64,000 bases of DNA from an uncultured delta proteobacterium (GCA_963782435.1 CAWAKF010000050.1:74599-138598), one strand, 5' to 3'; counted from the first letter of the stretch, positions 1 through 10,729 are shown. A program made the numbers and translations. Notes: generated by a model from the sequence alone, not told the origin.

Positions 1-978
1 GGCCGCCTCAACCTTGATAAACATATTGAAGAGTTGCAGTTTGATATTTTTGTGTTCGAAAATGGGCACCCCGCCCTGGACCCTTTCCTTGGCGTATTTC
101 AAAGCCTCATCAAAGGCTGCCTGGGCCAGACCGACAAAGGCCTGCCCCATCCCGCCGTTGGCATTGGTCAGGATCATCTTGGCGATGGCCGTCATCATGG
201 CCCCGTCGGTAATGACCATGTATTTTTTGGGTAATTTCACTTCCTCAAAAAAAATCTCTCCCTGGTTTAAGGCCCTTTGCCCGATCTTGTCCAAAGGTTT
301 ACCCCGAGTGATGCCGGGCAGATTGAGCGGAACCACGGCCAACCCCGTCCCTTGCATCCCTTTGGAAGGATCCAGGCAGACATGAAGGGCGGCATGGGTA
401 GCGATCGTGCCGTTACTGACCCAGGCCGATTTCTGGCCGGTCAGGATATATTCATCCCCTTTTTGTACCGCCCTGACATTGGCCGCGCACTTTGGGTCAT
501 CAAACTTGGGATTGGTCCCTAATATCCAATCCGAACCATGGTCCGGTTCGGTGATGGCCCAGCAGCCGATAATCTCCCCTTTGGTATCTTCACAATAATC
601 CCGGACCAACTGCTGCAATTCGGGTTCCGGGGACATCATGGCAAACGTAATGGGAAAACCGTTCACACCCAGACTGATGGCCAGCCCGGCATCGGCATAA
701 CCCATTTCCTGGGAAATCAGGGGACCGACCTTAGGGTCCATATCTTCGGCCATCCCGCCATATGCCTTGGGAATGCCCATCTTGTGCATACCAAGTTCCC
801 GTTGGGTTCTAATAAAATCCCAAAGCGGCGAACCCTTGGCGATCACCTCGGCCGGATCGGCCAATTTGTCCAATTTTATTCCGATCGGCCGCATGACCTC
901 CATACCGAATTTTCGCGTGGTTTCCAGCATAGCCTTGGCTTCATCACTTATCGTCAAATCCAATTCAAGATAGCCCAT
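1..978 (-). CDS. acyl-CoA dehydrogenase family protein (partial; 3' end beyond left edge)
   Basis: Absent from the ORF track because it runs off the window. Reading the minus strand from the ATG at 978 (SD GGAG upstream) gives MGYLELDLTISDEAKAMLE...EIIGCWAITEPDHGSDW..., which is ACAD-like. The frame is open to position 1. The + strand ORFs listed here are antisense artefacts. Confidence 0.85.
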   Translation of the reverse strand, partial: MGYLELDLTISDEAKAMLETTRKFGMEVMRPIGIKLDKLADPAEVIAKGSPLWDFIRTQRELGMHKMGIPKAYGGMAEDMDPKVGPLISQEMGYADAGLAISLGVNGFPITFAMMSPEPELQQLVRDYCEDTKGEIIGCWAITEPDHGSDWILGTNPKFDDPKCAANVRAVQKGDEYILTGQKSAWVSNGTIATHAALHVCLDPSKGMQGTGLAVVPLNLPGITRGKPLDKIGQRALNQGEIFFEEVKLPKKYMVITDGAMMTAIAKMILTNANGGMGQAFVGLAQAAFDEALKYAKERVQGGVPIFEHKNIKLQLFNMFIKVEAA

Positions 979-1084
979 GTTTAATCTCCTCTTTATTTTA
1001 GTTTACGCTATGTAGTGGGTAAGAATAGGTTTTTATGATTTTCCTTGTACCTCCTGCTTACCCGCAGGCCTTGTACCTCAAACC

Positions 1085-2671
1085 TTACTTGAGCTTGAGA
1101 TCCGGCATCTCCTTTTCCCGATCCCATGTCCCTTCAGTCACGCCCTGTTTTTTCATCTGGGTTTTGATGATCCTTAAGGTTTCGGTTCTGGGGATTTCTT
1201 CTACGATATCGATATACCTGGGTACCATGAAGTAGGCCATGCTCCGGGCACAATAGCGAATGAGGTCCTTCAGGTCGAGCTTGGCCCCTGCATTGGGCAC
1301 CACCCAGATCATAACCTCGTCTTCCCCCAGTTCCGAAGGGACACCGAAGGCGGCACAGACTTCTACATCCGGGTGTTTTTCAATGATGCTTTCCACCTCA
1401 AAAGAAGAAATATTTTCCCCCCGGCGACGCATGGAGTCGGTCTTCCGGTCGGTAAAAAACAGGTTACCGTCTTTATCTGCATAAAAATAATCCCCGGAAT
1501 AGACCCAACCATCCCGAACCTTTTTGTCTGAGGCCTCAGGATTTTTGTAATATTCGACTACCCTGCCCGGCCTGGCCGGTGCTCGGGTAACTAATTCTCC
1601 GATTTCTCCCTGGGGAACCGGGTTGCCCTTTTCGTCGATTAACTTCCATTCCGTGTCGCCCATCACTTTACCGACCGATCCCACGGGGGCATTGCCGAAA
1701 TTAAAAATCAACAGCCCTCCCCCATCCACGGCACCGTAGGCCTCCCAGATTTTCAGATTAAATCGTTTCTCAAAGGCCTCCCATAAGTTGGCCGGACAGG
1801 CGGCTGAGATGACTAAACGGACGGGGTTATCGCCATCATCGGGTCGTTCCGATTGCTTCATCAAAATGGGGATCATGGCCCCCAACCCATTGAACTGAGT
1901 GGCCCCGTAAAACCTGGTCCGGTCCCAAAAACGGGAAGCGGAAAATTTTTTATCCAGCCCGAAAGGCAGCCCTGCCCCCATAGCAAATCCTGAGGTCAGG
2001 CTTAAAGCATTGGCATGAAAAAGAGGCAGGGCGGTGTAAAGAATATCAGTAGGAACGGTCAAAATCTTGGCCAAACCGATCATTCGGTCAATGCCGCCGG
2101 GACCAACCCGGTTCACTACCCCTTTGGGAAATCCGGTGGTCCCTGAAGTGTACATAAGGTGGGTAATAGATTCGGGGTCTATCACATGACCCGGTGGTTC
2201 TTCAGAAGCCTCTAAAAGCGCAGTCAGATCAATTGCTCCAGCCGGCAAGGGAGCCTCAGTGGTCCGGCGGACAAAGATTTTCTTGAGGGATGCAATAGGT
2301 CGTCCGATTTCGTCCAGCTTGGAGTACAAAACATCATCCACGGCCAGGTATTTCACATCCGAGTTTTCCAGGACATAGGCCAGCCCCTCTCCCTTAAGGG
2401 CCACGTTTACCGGAACGGAATAAAACCCGGCCCGGGGAAGGCCGTAAAATAAAAAAAGATACTCCGGACAGTTCCCCATGAGAATGGCCAGGCCATCGCC
2501 GGCCTGGGCCCCTTGAGCCTTTAACCCATTGGCGGCCCGGCAGGTCCCCCGGTTATATTCCCCAAAGGTGACCTTCCGGTCTTCGTGTAAAATATAAGGC
2601 TTGTCCTCCAGAATTTTGCCGTGATAGGCAATAAGATCATAAACGTATTTCAATTGAGATTCCTCTGCCAT
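1085..2671 (-). CDS. AMP-dependent acyl-CoA synthetase/ligase
   Basis: 528 aa with the AMP-binding motif YTSGTTGFPKG. Strong SD (GGAGG) upstream of the ATG at 2671. Confidence 0.9.
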   Translation of the reverse strand: MAEESQLKYVYDLIAYHGKILEDKPYILHEDRKVTFGEYNRGTCRAANGLKAQGAQAGDGLAILMGNCPEYLFLFYGLPRAGFYSVPVNVALKGEGLAYVLENSDVKYLAVDDVLYSKLDEIGRPIASLKKIFVRRTTEAPLPAGAIDLTALLEASEEPPGHVIDPESITHLMYTSGTTGFPKGVVNRVGPGGIDRMIGLAKILTVPTDILYTALPLFHANALSLTSGFAMGAGLPFGLDKKFSASRFWDRTRFYGATQFNGLGAMIPILMKQSERPDDGDNPVRLVISAACPANLWEAFEKRFNLKIWEAYGAVDGGGLLIFNFGNAPVGSVGKVMGDTEWKLIDEKGNPVPQGEIGELVTRAPARPGRVVEYYKNPEASDKKVRDGWVYSGDYFYADKDGNLFFTDRKTDSMRRRGENISSFEVESIIEKHPDVEVCAAFGVPSELGEDEVMIWVVPNAGAKLDLKDLIRYCARSMAYFMVPRYIDIVEEIPRTETLRIIKTQMKKQGVTEGTWDREKEMPDLKLK

Positions 2672-2942
2672 ATTGGCCCTCCTATTTAACTAATTTTTTA
2701 ACCATGATTTTGGGTTGGATAAAAAAAGTCGCCTCATGTCCCCGAACAGTTAGGAGTCGGACTCGTCTGAGGGTCCGGTTGGCAAAACTGCCTCTGTTGA
2801 ATTTAATTCAAACGGACCTATAAACTACCAAAGCCTTTGCACCGCCCACAGGCTCAATGTCACAATGGAGCGGCCCAAAAAGCCGGAAAACTCTGTTTAG
2901 CCGGATCTGGCCGCTATGATTGATTGCCCTGCCCTCACTCGG

Positions 2943-3299
2943 TTATCTTCTATGCAGTTCACGGCGCGCATGACGGAGGCTGAGACGCCAAATTCCATCA
3001 GTAAACATAGCCACATCCCCTATTTGGGCTTTTCCCCGATCCGCGATTTCGATTTCGTCGTCTTCGCTCACCCTCACCCGGATACCATCCATACCCGGAT
3101 GGATGCTCTTATCAGGTGCCAAGGTCCATTGTTTCCTGCCATATCTTTCGGTTGTGATAATTAATGATATTTGAGTTTCCGTATCGTTCACGATAAGGAT
3201 CTCAGCACGCGGTGAGCGCCTGGCCTGGGTATAGGACCCAAGCGATAGGATCATGCATAGGGTGGCAAACAGTATAAGAAAAATTTGAATCTTTTTCAT
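2943..3299 (-). CDS. small secreted hypothetical protein
   Basis: 118 aa with an N-terminal signal-like MKKIQIFLILFATLCMILSLGSYTQA. SD GGAGG upstream. Confidence 0.6.
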   Translation of the reverse strand: MKKIQIFLILFATLCMILSLGSYTQARRSPRAEILIVNDTETQISLIITTERYGRKQWTLAPDKSIHPGMDGIRVRVSEDDEIEIADRGKAQIGDVAMFTDGIWRLSLRHARRELHRR

Positions 3300-3468
3300 A
3301 ACTCCATTCCTCCTCAGTTATAATTATTGTCATATGCAGTAGATCAGCTATTTAATATAAAACTCTACCCGAATCAACCAGATTCTTGTACACACCGGCA
3401 TAGTGTAATCATACTCCGGCAGGCACCCGCATTCAAAGCGTAAGATTTCCCGTCAGGTAGACAGGTGA

Positions 3469-4125
3469 TTAGGCTTTCTCCCAAATAATGACTATCACTT
3501 CACCAGGTCCGTGGACACCCAGGGTCAGGGAAAGTTCGATATCCCCTGTGCGGCTCGGGCCGGTGATGAACACTAAGTTGCTGCCGGCGGAGACTTGATT
3601 CTTAAGATCCCCGACGCTTTCCAGATACTCCTGTAAATTGGGATAGATGTCGTCAGCGCAAAGCAGGGTCAGGTGCACCTCCGGGAGCAGTGAAACAAAA
3701 GAGGGCTGACCGGGAATATTCTGCAATACCAGGGAGCCGGTGTCTGCCAGGGCGGCTTGAGCACCAGTGATTCCTACGGCGACTTTAGCCAATTCCCTGA
3801 TTTGTCCTCCCGTGTGGACTTCGATCCCGGCTTTATCCAGTAATGGCCGAATCGATGGGTTATCTTTCAGGAGATTTTCCCAGATCAGCGTATGTTTCCG
3901 GCCGCGCTCGGCAAAAATTCTGATCGTTATTTCAAAGGCTTCTTGCCGGGTGCTTACCCTGAAGGCCTTTCCGGAAAGTCTTTCAAATTCCTCGACAAAC
4001 CTCTCTATACCACCTGTGTTGCCCGGAAATTCGAGGGCCGGCGGTTCAACGGCTGCCTCAGGCAGTAAGGATTTTTTTAATCCACTCCGGATGTCATCTA
4101 ATATTTTTTGACGGGAATTACTCAT
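3469..4125 (-). CDS. lutC: lactate utilization protein C (LUD domain)
   Basis: 218 aa LutC/YkgG-like protein. It lies downstream of the lutA-lutB pair on the same strand. Confidence 0.8.
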   Translation of the reverse strand: MSNSRQKILDDIRSGLKKSLLPEAAVEPPALEFPGNTGGIERFVEEFERLSGKAFRVSTRQEAFEITIRIFAERGRKHTLIWENLLKDNPSIRPLLDKAGIEVHTGGQIRELAKVAVGITGAQAALADTGSLVLQNIPGQPSFVSLLPEVHLTLLCADDIYPNLQEYLESVGDLKNQVSAGSNLVFITGPSRTGDIELSLTLGVHGPGEVIVIIWEKA

Positions 4126-4340
4126 CTCTATCCTTCCCTAAATATTGTATAAAAAAAGAGCAAAGATAATTTTTCGGTATAAACCATGCAGGAATTATTA
4201 CCAATCGGATGTAATTCGGAAATTCACCATAAGTATAATCCTGATTCGGTTAAAAAACCATTCGGTATTTACCCTTCGGGAAAGCCGTATGATGCCGCAT
4301 CTCCTTTGTTAGCAAGGGTTCGCAGTACCATAGTACGACT

Positions 4341-5777
4341 TCACCCTTGCCGCCTCGGATCTGCGACATCCTCAGCTTTTGCAACATTTAGGTTTCGATG
4401 GCGGTGCTGGAAACTTTTTCTAAAAGGTGGGAACGCCCGGTAACGTGTCCATCCAGCGAGAGGGCCTGGCAACCAGGTCAGCCACCGTTTGCCAAAGAGC
4501 CCGCCGAAAATCCCCGCCAGCAAGGTGAGGAAGCGGTAGCGCTTGGCATCGGTAGCAACCCAACCGAACCCTTTCATGCCGGCCTTCATCCAGAAGGAAG
4601 GGGTTCCCTGCCGGACGGCTTTGTTTCTCAATCGCAATAACAGGGCGGGAAGGTCAATCCCCACCGGGCAGGCCTCTTTGCAGGCGCCGCATAAGGTGCT
4701 GGCCTGCGGCAGATCGGCAAACCCCGCGATACCACCCAGAACGGGAGAGATAACCGAACCGATGGGTCCCGTATAAACACAGCCATAGGCGTGTCCGCCA
4801 ATGCTGCGGTATACCGGGCAGACGTTCAGGCAGGCGGCGCAGCGAATACAGTAAAGAACCTCAGCCAGTTCGCTCCCCAGAGCTTGGGAACGCCCATTAT
4901 CCAAGATCACTACATGCATTTCTTCAGGCCCGTTTGCTTCTTGCTCACGCCTCGGTCCGGTAATCAGCGAGGTATAGGAGGACATCTTCTGCCCGGTTGC
5001 GCTGCGCGCCAGCAGTTGGAGCATTACCCCCAGGTCTTTGATTGTTGGAACAATCCGCTCCATTCCCATCAAGGCCACATGTATCCGCGGCAGACTGGTC
5101 ACCATGCGTCCATTGCCTTCGTTGGTTACCAAACAGACCGTGCCGGTCTCGGCCACAGCAAAATTGCATCCGCTGATACCCATCTCGGCACCCAAAAACA
5201 CTTCCCGCAGGGAACTCCGGGCAATGGCATTGAGATCAGAAATGTTTTCCGTGTAAGGCACTTTAAGCTTCTCGGCGAAAATGCGCCCGACATCTTTTCG
5301 GTTGAGATGCACGATGGGTGCTATAATGTGCGAAGGGTGGTCCCCGCTGAGCTGGGCAATATATTCCCCAAGGTCGGTCTCCACAATTGTCATCCCTGCG
5401 GCTTCCAACCGGGTATTGAGCCGGATTTCCTCACTAACCATGCTTTTAGATTTGGCGATACGCTTGACCCGTCCTGCCCGGGCAATCCGGAGGATGATTT
5501 CGCCGGCCTCATCGGCATCCTTGGCCCAGTGCACCGACCCGCCCAGGGCAGACAAGGAGGCTTCGAATTGAACCAAATAGTGATCTAAGTGGGCGATGGT
5601 GTGGGCGCGGATTTTGCGCCCGAGGTTACGCACGGCATCCGAATCAGGCAGGGTCCTTAAGGCCTCGACACGCCCGGTGTAAAATCGCTCCGCGGCGGTC
5701 TGGATATTCTTCAGCCGATCCGGGTTTTCCAGTGCTTTTTTTACACCCAGTTTGATGTTTACCGGCTGATCACTCAT
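4341..5777 (-). CDS. lutB: lactate utilization protein B (4Fe-4S, LUD domain)
   Basis: 478 aa with two ferredoxin-type cluster motifs (CIRCAACLNVCP and CGACKEACP). There is a 4-nt ATGA overlap with lutA. Confidence 0.88.
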   Translation of the reverse strand: MSDQPVNIKLGVKKALENPDRLKNIQTAAERFYTGRVEALRTLPDSDAVRNLGRKIRAHTIAHLDHYLVQFEASLSALGGSVHWAKDADEAGEIILRIARAGRVKRIAKSKSMVSEEIRLNTRLEAAGMTIVETDLGEYIAQLSGDHPSHIIAPIVHLNRKDVGRIFAEKLKVPYTENISDLNAIARSSLREVFLGAEMGISGCNFAVAETGTVCLVTNEGNGRMVTSLPRIHVALMGMERIVPTIKDLGVMLQLLARSATGQKMSSYTSLITGPRREQEANGPEEMHVVILDNGRSQALGSELAEVLYCIRCAACLNVCPVYRSIGGHAYGCVYTGPIGSVISPVLGGIAGFADLPQASTLCGACKEACPVGIDLPALLLRLRNKAVRQGTPSFWMKAGMKGFGWVATDAKRYRFLTLLAGIFGGLFGKRWLTWLPGPLAGWTRYRAFPPFRKSFQHRHRNLNVAKAEDVADPRRQG

Positions 5778-6508
5778 GGTTTCAATCCCAGGGCCAGTAA
5801 TTGGGCAATATGCATGGTCCGCATCCGGCTGCCTATTTTGCGTAGACCGCCTTCAATATGCATCAGGCAGCTAACATCACAACCCACCACCAGGTCTGCC
5901 CCGGTCGCCTCAAAAGCCGTGATGCGGTTAGTGAGCATCTGGCCGCTGATCTCAGGCATTTTGACGGAAAATACCCCTCCGAACCCACAACAGGTTTGGG
6001 GGTTTTCCTGGGGAAGGATTTCCAACCCCCGTACTTCCGCCAGGATTGCACGCGGTTGGTGGTCGACCTGCATTCCACGCAGGATGTGACAGGAGGGGTG
6101 GTAGACAACCCTGGCAGAGAAAGCGGCTCCCAGTTTTAACACCTGTAATTGATCCACCAAATACTGGGTAAACTCAAATACGCGGCCGGCCATAGCCCGT
6201 GCTTTTGGGCCATACACCAGGTCATGGTCAAACAATTCCGGGTAATGGCGCCTGATCATCACCCCGCAGGAACCGGAGGGAATGAGGATGGGTCCTTCCG
6301 TTTTGGAGAACAAATCGATATTGTAGCGCGCCATATCCCTGGCTTCGTCCCAAAAGCCGGCATTGAAAGCCGGCTGTCCGCAGCAGGTTTGCCCCTTAGG
6401 GATATGGACGGTCACCCCCAGGTGTTTCAGAACATCAACCACTCCCTGGGCCGTATCCGGAAACAGGGTGTCCAACAAGCAGGTAATAAACAGGTTTACT
6501 TTTTCCAT
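5774..6508 (-). CDS. lutA: lactate utilization protein A ((Fe-S)-binding CCG-domain oxidoreductase)
   Basis: 244 aa with two CCG-type Cys motifs (CCGQPAFNAG, CCGFGG). Confidence 0.88.
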   Translation of the reverse strand: MEKVNLFITCLLDTLFPDTAQGVVDVLKHLGVTVHIPKGQTCCGQPAFNAGFWDEARDMARYNIDLFSKTEGPILIPSGSCGVMIRRHYPELFDHDLVYGPKARAMAGRVFEFTQYLVDQLQVLKLGAAFSARVVYHPSCHILRGMQVDHQPRAILAEVRGLEILPQENPQTCCGFGGVFSVKMPEISGQMLTNRITAFEATGADLVVGCDVSCLMHIEGGLRKIGSRMRTMHIAQLLALGLKP

Positions 6509-6520
6509 GCAGGCTTTTTA

Positions 6521-7864
6521 TTAGGGTTTGAATTCGGCCAATATGGGTTTAATGATATCGAGGGCTTTGTCCGCCTCTTCCTTCGTGATGGTACAGGGTG
6601 GACAAATTTCCAATCTATTCAAACACGGTCCCTGGATACGGGTCCAGATACCCTTATCCACCAGTTTCTGCATCAGCATCCCATTCTGCTCATAAGTGAT
6701 CGGCGTTTTACTTCCCTTGTCCAATACCAGTTCAATCGCCCGGAAAAGACCACGGCCGTCAATTTGACCAACACAGGGGAGGGGCAGAAATTCGGTTTCC
6801 AGACGCTCCCGGATGTGCCGGCCTACGGCAGCCGCATTTTCAGCCACCTTATGCTTTAAATAGTAGTCTATGGTGGCAATAGAGGCCGCGCAGCAAACCG
6901 GATGGGCTGTATAAGTGAAGCCGTGCGGAAAGGGTTTCCCTTCAAAAGCAGAATAGACTTCATCACTGAAGGCCACACCGCCGAAGGGCAGAACCGCCGC
7001 GGTGATCCCTTTAGCCATGGTCATGATATCCGGTTTGAGATTCCAGTGCTCCGAGGCAAACATTTTGCCCGTCCGGCAAAAACCGGTCATCACCTCATCA
7101 ACGATTAAGAGTATATTATACTTCCGGCCTATTTCGGTTACCATGTCCCACCATTCATCCGGAGGCACAACATGGCCGCCGGAACCCAGTATCGGCTCAG
7201 CGATAATGGCTGCAATGCTTGCCGCTCCCTCCTGCTGAATCACCTTTTCCATGAACCGGGCACTTAACAAGGCGCTATCCGGACCATCACCGAACATCGA
7301 GCGATAGTCATAGTAGCTGGGAACCCGCAGATAGCCGGCCGGCGCGGGACCAAAAGGACTATGCATTCGGCCACCACCCAAACCGGTGACGTTCATAGAG
7401 TACCCACTCAAACCATGATAAGAATCATACAGGCTGATAATCTTGTATTTCCCGGCCTGTCCCTTAAAATACCAATAGGCCCGGGCCATTTTAATGGCTG
7501 TATCGGTTGACTCCGAACCTCCGCAGGTGTAGTAGAAATGTTTCAATCCTCCCGGGGTAATTTGGGCCAGCTTCTGACTCAGTTCAACGGCGTAGACATT
7601 GGTTTGCCCATAGAAGTTGGTCACATAGTCGATCTTATCCAGGGCCGCCGTTATAGCCTCGTTAATCTCCTTGACGTGATGCCCGAGATTAGAGCAGATT
7701 AACTGGGAGGCAAGGTCCATAAATTCCTTGCCCTCCGTGTCTACCAGATAGATCCCATGCCCCTTTTCGAAAACTCTCGTTATTTCCTGCCCGACCACCC
7801 ACCAGGGGTGGACCTGGTGTTCCTTATCGGCCTGAATGAGTGCCTGTGTCCTCTCGCTTGTCAT
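6521..7864 (-). CDS. class III (omega) aminotransferase
   Basis: The ORF-track protein is typical of the aspartate aminotransferase family, class III. I moved the start to the ATG at 7864 (MTSERTQ...) because AAGGAG sits 5 nt upstream. The track start at 7879 is a TTG inside that SD. Confidence 0.88.
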   Translation of the reverse strand: MTSERTQALIQADKEHQVHPWWVVGQEITRVFEKGHGIYLVDTEGKEFMDLASQLICSNLGHHVKEINEAITAALDKIDYVTNFYGQTNVYAVELSQKLAQITPGGLKHFYYTCGGSESTDTAIKMARAYWYFKGQAGKYKIISLYDSYHGLSGYSMNVTGLGGGRMHSPFGPAPAGYLRVPSYYDYRSMFGDGPDSALLSARFMEKVIQQEGAASIAAIIAEPILGSGGHVVPPDEWWDMVTEIGRKYNILLIVDEVMTGFCRTGKMFASEHWNLKPDIMTMAKGITAAVLPFGGVAFSDEVYSAFEGKPFPHGFTYTAHPVCCAASIATIDYYLKHKVAENAAAVGRHIRERLETEFLPLPCVGQIDGRGLFRAIELVLDKGSKTPITYEQNGMLMQKLVDKGIWTRIQGPCLNRLEICPPCTITKEEADKALDIIKPILAEFKP

Positions 7865-8170
7865 TTTGACTCCTTTCAAATCCCTGTGTCTTTTTAGAAG
7901 GGCTTTATTGCCCCTGTTGAATTAATTCCATATGGTGAGTAATCCAGGCCGAGTGACTTGCTATCAGGCCCGCCTGACTGTTTCTTTAAACATATTAAAC
8001 CTGTTGGCCAATCCATCCTGCTTTTGAATTTTGCCCCCCTGAAAGAATTCTATTTTTATACTAACTCATTGTTGAAAACTTGTTAAGAGAACGGGAGGGA
8101 AATAGATTCCCTCAAAGCACTTCCAAGAGGTTGTATCTTAAGTAGACAAACTGCCAAGAACCCCGGGGCA

Positions 8171-8926
8171 TCACCTCGTGGTTATGACCTTTTCTACATT
8201 TTCAATTAGGGTAAAAAAGGGCTGGATGGATTTTAGCAATTCGTCCTCGGCCTGTTTTCGTAAAGTGATATCAGTAAAAAAATTTATTGTCGCCGGGCTT
8301 CCGTCCCAATCAATCAAGTCCACCCTATCCTCAACCCATCGGATGGTTCCATCCTTTTGGATGATTTTGAAGAAAAAGACTTGAGGGAATTCCCCGTTGT
8401 TTGATTCTTTGAACAGAAGTTTATCCATCCCCCGATCATCGGTATGAATGAATTCCAACACCGGGTGTAAAGCAAGCTCCTCCTGTGAATATCCAAATAT
8501 CTCAATAAGCCTGGGGTTAATGAATTTAAATACACCCTTTTGGATCACACCGATGGCTATCGGGGCCTTTTCGATCAACCATCGATGCCTTTCTTCCGAC
8601 CTCTGGAGAGCCTTCTCCATGTGGTTGCGTTCGGTGACATCGAGAAAGGAGGCTGTAATCTTCCTGGTACCCGGAATCAAGGCCATGGTCACAAAGATGT
8701 CTTTTTCGGTTCCTTGATCATCAAGTAAGCGATATTCCCCATCCCCTGGTATGCCGTCCGAACCCGACCTGACAGCCAGAAAATGATTTTTTATTCTCTC
8801 CAAATCACTGTCAGCAACGAATTCCAACAATGATTTTTTGTTTTCGATTTCTTCCTGATGGATTCCCAGGATTTCCTCAAGTTTTTTGTTAGCCTGCACT
8901 ATATTCATTTCCTCTTCATTTAGCAC
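8171..8926 (-). CDS. PAS-domain sensor protein, C-terminal part of a frameshifted gene
   Basis: 251 aa containing PAS/PAC-like repeats. The frame upstream of its GTG reads ...GAALAVLNEEEM and joins the upstream ORF if one G is added at the run 8938-8941. Confidence 0.7.
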   Translation of the reverse strand: MLNEEEMNIVQANKKLEEILGIHQEEIENKKSLLEFVADSDLERIKNHFLAVRSGSDGIPGDGEYRLLDDQGTEKDIFVTMALIPGTRKITASFLDVTERNHMEKALQRSEERHRWLIEKAPIAIGVIQKGVFKFINPRLIEIFGYSQEELALHPVLEFIHTDDRGMDKLLFKESNNGEFPQVFFFKIIQKDGTIRWVEDRVDLIDWDGSPATINFFTDITLRKQAEDELLKSIQPFFTLIENVEKVITTR

Positions 8927-9609
8927 GGCGAGGGCTGCCCCGTCCCTTCAAAAATGGTCTGCCGGAAGTCCTCCGTCTGTCTGAGCATCTCTTCTATTTG
9001 TTGGCGTTCTGAACTTTCCAATTGAAGTCGCCGAGTTGTTTTTTCCAGTTCATCTGTTCGGTTGGATAAAAGACCTTCGAGATGAGTATGGGATCTCATA
9101 GCTTCTTCCTCTTTGTGTTTCTCTTCCGTGATATCCCAGAATATGCCCAGCAGGCCAACAACACTCCCGTTTTCATCCCGGAGAGGAGATTTGACCATGT
9201 GAACGATAGACTCATGACCGCTGATGAGATATTTGTCTTCGATAGTTTTAATCTCACCGGATTCAAGAACCCTTTTATCGTCTCCCATGAATTTTTCAGC
9301 CAGATCGGACGGAAAGAAGTCACGATCCGTGTTTCCGGCAATTTCTTCGGGTTGTTTTTTTAGCTCATCCGCATAAATCTGATTGCAGTATATATAGGAT
9401 AAATCCATATTCTTGATAAAGAGTCTCAAGGGAATATTTTCGAGGAACGTCCTGTATTTGTTCACCTTCCTCTGAAGGTCCTCAATGGTCCTCTGTTGGC
9501 TGGATTCCAATTCCTTCAATTCCACCACCAGACTGTGCAACTCAATCATTCCGGTTATGGTTTTCTCAATAGTTAAAAGCTTCTCCATTCCTTCCTCGTG
9601 TTTTTCCAT
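8920..9609 (-). CDS. PAS-domain sensor protein, N-terminal part of a frameshifted gene
   Basis: 229 aa with a coiled-coil N-terminus followed by a PAS fold. It ends ...IFEGTGQPSPC* immediately after a G4 run, and no output domain is present in either part. Confidence 0.7.
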   Translation of the reverse strand: MEKHEEGMEKLLTIEKTITGMIELHSLVVELKELESSQQRTIEDLQRKVNKYRTFLENIPLRLFIKNMDLSYIYCNQIYADELKKQPEEIAGNTDRDFFPSDLAEKFMGDDKRVLESGEIKTIEDKYLISGHESIVHMVKSPLRDENGSVVGLLGIFWDITEEKHKEEEAMRSHTHLEGLLSNRTDELEKTTRRLQLESSERQQIEEMLRQTEDFRQTIFEGTGQPSPC

Positions 9610-9862
9610 AACGTCCCCCTAAATAGATCAGTTCCTGTTATAAAAATATGATAGCCAAACTATGGTTCGGATTAGTGCTGGGAGATTTGACAACTGATAG
9701 GACATCAGACTCCCCCCAAAATCCCGCTTAGTTAAATTATATAGTTTTCTATAAAATTGTTATTGGTTAATTGGTAAAATTTTTTTAAAATAAAACCACT
9801 TGTGTTGACTACCATTTAAAGTCTTTTTTTTAAAGATTAGGCTTTAGGCGTTCAGAAAGTAG

Positions 9863-10729
9863 TCAGGTGGCTTTTCGGCCTTGCATATATAGAATCTTGC
9901 CGGATCCGGTATCTTCCAGGGCATCCTCTTCTTTCTCATTCTGGTTTCCATAATATATATTCTGAAGCTCATGGCATTGCCAGCCGATAGTCTCCAATAT
10001 TCCGAGTTCATCCAAAATGGAAGGCCCTAAGTTCTCCAGAACATTCCGGATCTCTTTATAATTGTTTTGAATGCTGAAGATGATCTGCTCAAAAGAGATC
10101 CGGCCAGCAACATTCCCTTCCCTTAAAAGGAGGTGAAGATTATTAAGCCCATTGGTAATCGCCAATAGCAAAGCCTCGATACGGTCATCAAGCCCCTGCC
10201 CCTGGACGGTCATTCTTATTCTTTTTTCTCGATCCTCCGAAAATAGCGATGATAAATACCCAAGCCGCTCCCCCACCTCCTTGATAACCTGCTCCCCTTG
10301 CTTCCTTCTTTCTGTTTCAACTTTTAATAATTCATTGGCTTTCGCCAATGCAGCCTCCTTTTCTCTGATTCGAACCTCCATATCAAGGCTCTCTTTTTTT
10401 AATAAATTCTGTGAGTGCGAGAGAAATTCTCTCAAAACAAGAAAGCATTCTTTCGTAATCTCTTCAAACTTAATACAAGAGAAATTCACCAATTCGGGCT
10501 GGGTTTGTTTAAAAATGAATCGTCCCGTAACCCAAATGGTTTTTCGTTGCAGAACTAAATGAAATAAAAACTCTCTTCGGGAAGAAAAAATCTTGTCGGT
10601 ATATATTTTCATTCCTCCCAGTCCCACATCCAGGGTGTGGGCCACAGCCCTCTTTTCTGTGAAGAAGATATAAACAGGGAGGTTAATCGGGTGTCTTGTA
10701 TGCTCTCTTCTGTCGATTAAAATAGCCAT
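9863..10729 (-). CDS. PilZ-domain protein with coiled coil and degenerate HisKA_3-like dimerisation helices
   Basis: PilZ motifs RREHTR and DVGLGG are present. The C-terminus (RIRMTVQGQG...SILDELGILETIGW) resembles NarL-type DHp helices, but Gln replaces the phospho-His and there is no HATPase domain. Start moved to the ATG at 10729 (GGTGAG 4 nt upstream). Confidence 0.65.
   Translation of the reverse strand: MAILIDRREHTRHPINLPVYIFFTEKRAVAHTLDVGLGGMKIYTDKIFSSRREFLFHLVLQRKTIWVTGRFIFKQTQPELVNFSCIKFEEITKECFLVLREFLSHSQNLLKKESLDMEVRIREKEAALAKANELLKVETERRKQGEQVIKEVGERLGYLSSLFSEDREKRIRMTVQGQGLDDRIEALLLAITNGLNNLHLLLREGNVAGRISFEQIIFSIQNNYKEIRNVLENLGPSILDELGILETIGWQCHELQNIYYGNQNEKEEDALEDTGSGKILYMQGRKAT

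Noticed and set aside
14-984. Multiple + strand ORFs at the left edge
   Set aside because: They are antisense to an acyl-CoA dehydrogenase gene that is open from 978 to the window edge.
4791-6859. 265-aa and 236-aa + strand ORFs
   Set aside because: They are antisense to lutB and to lutA/aminotransferase. No motifs, no RBS.
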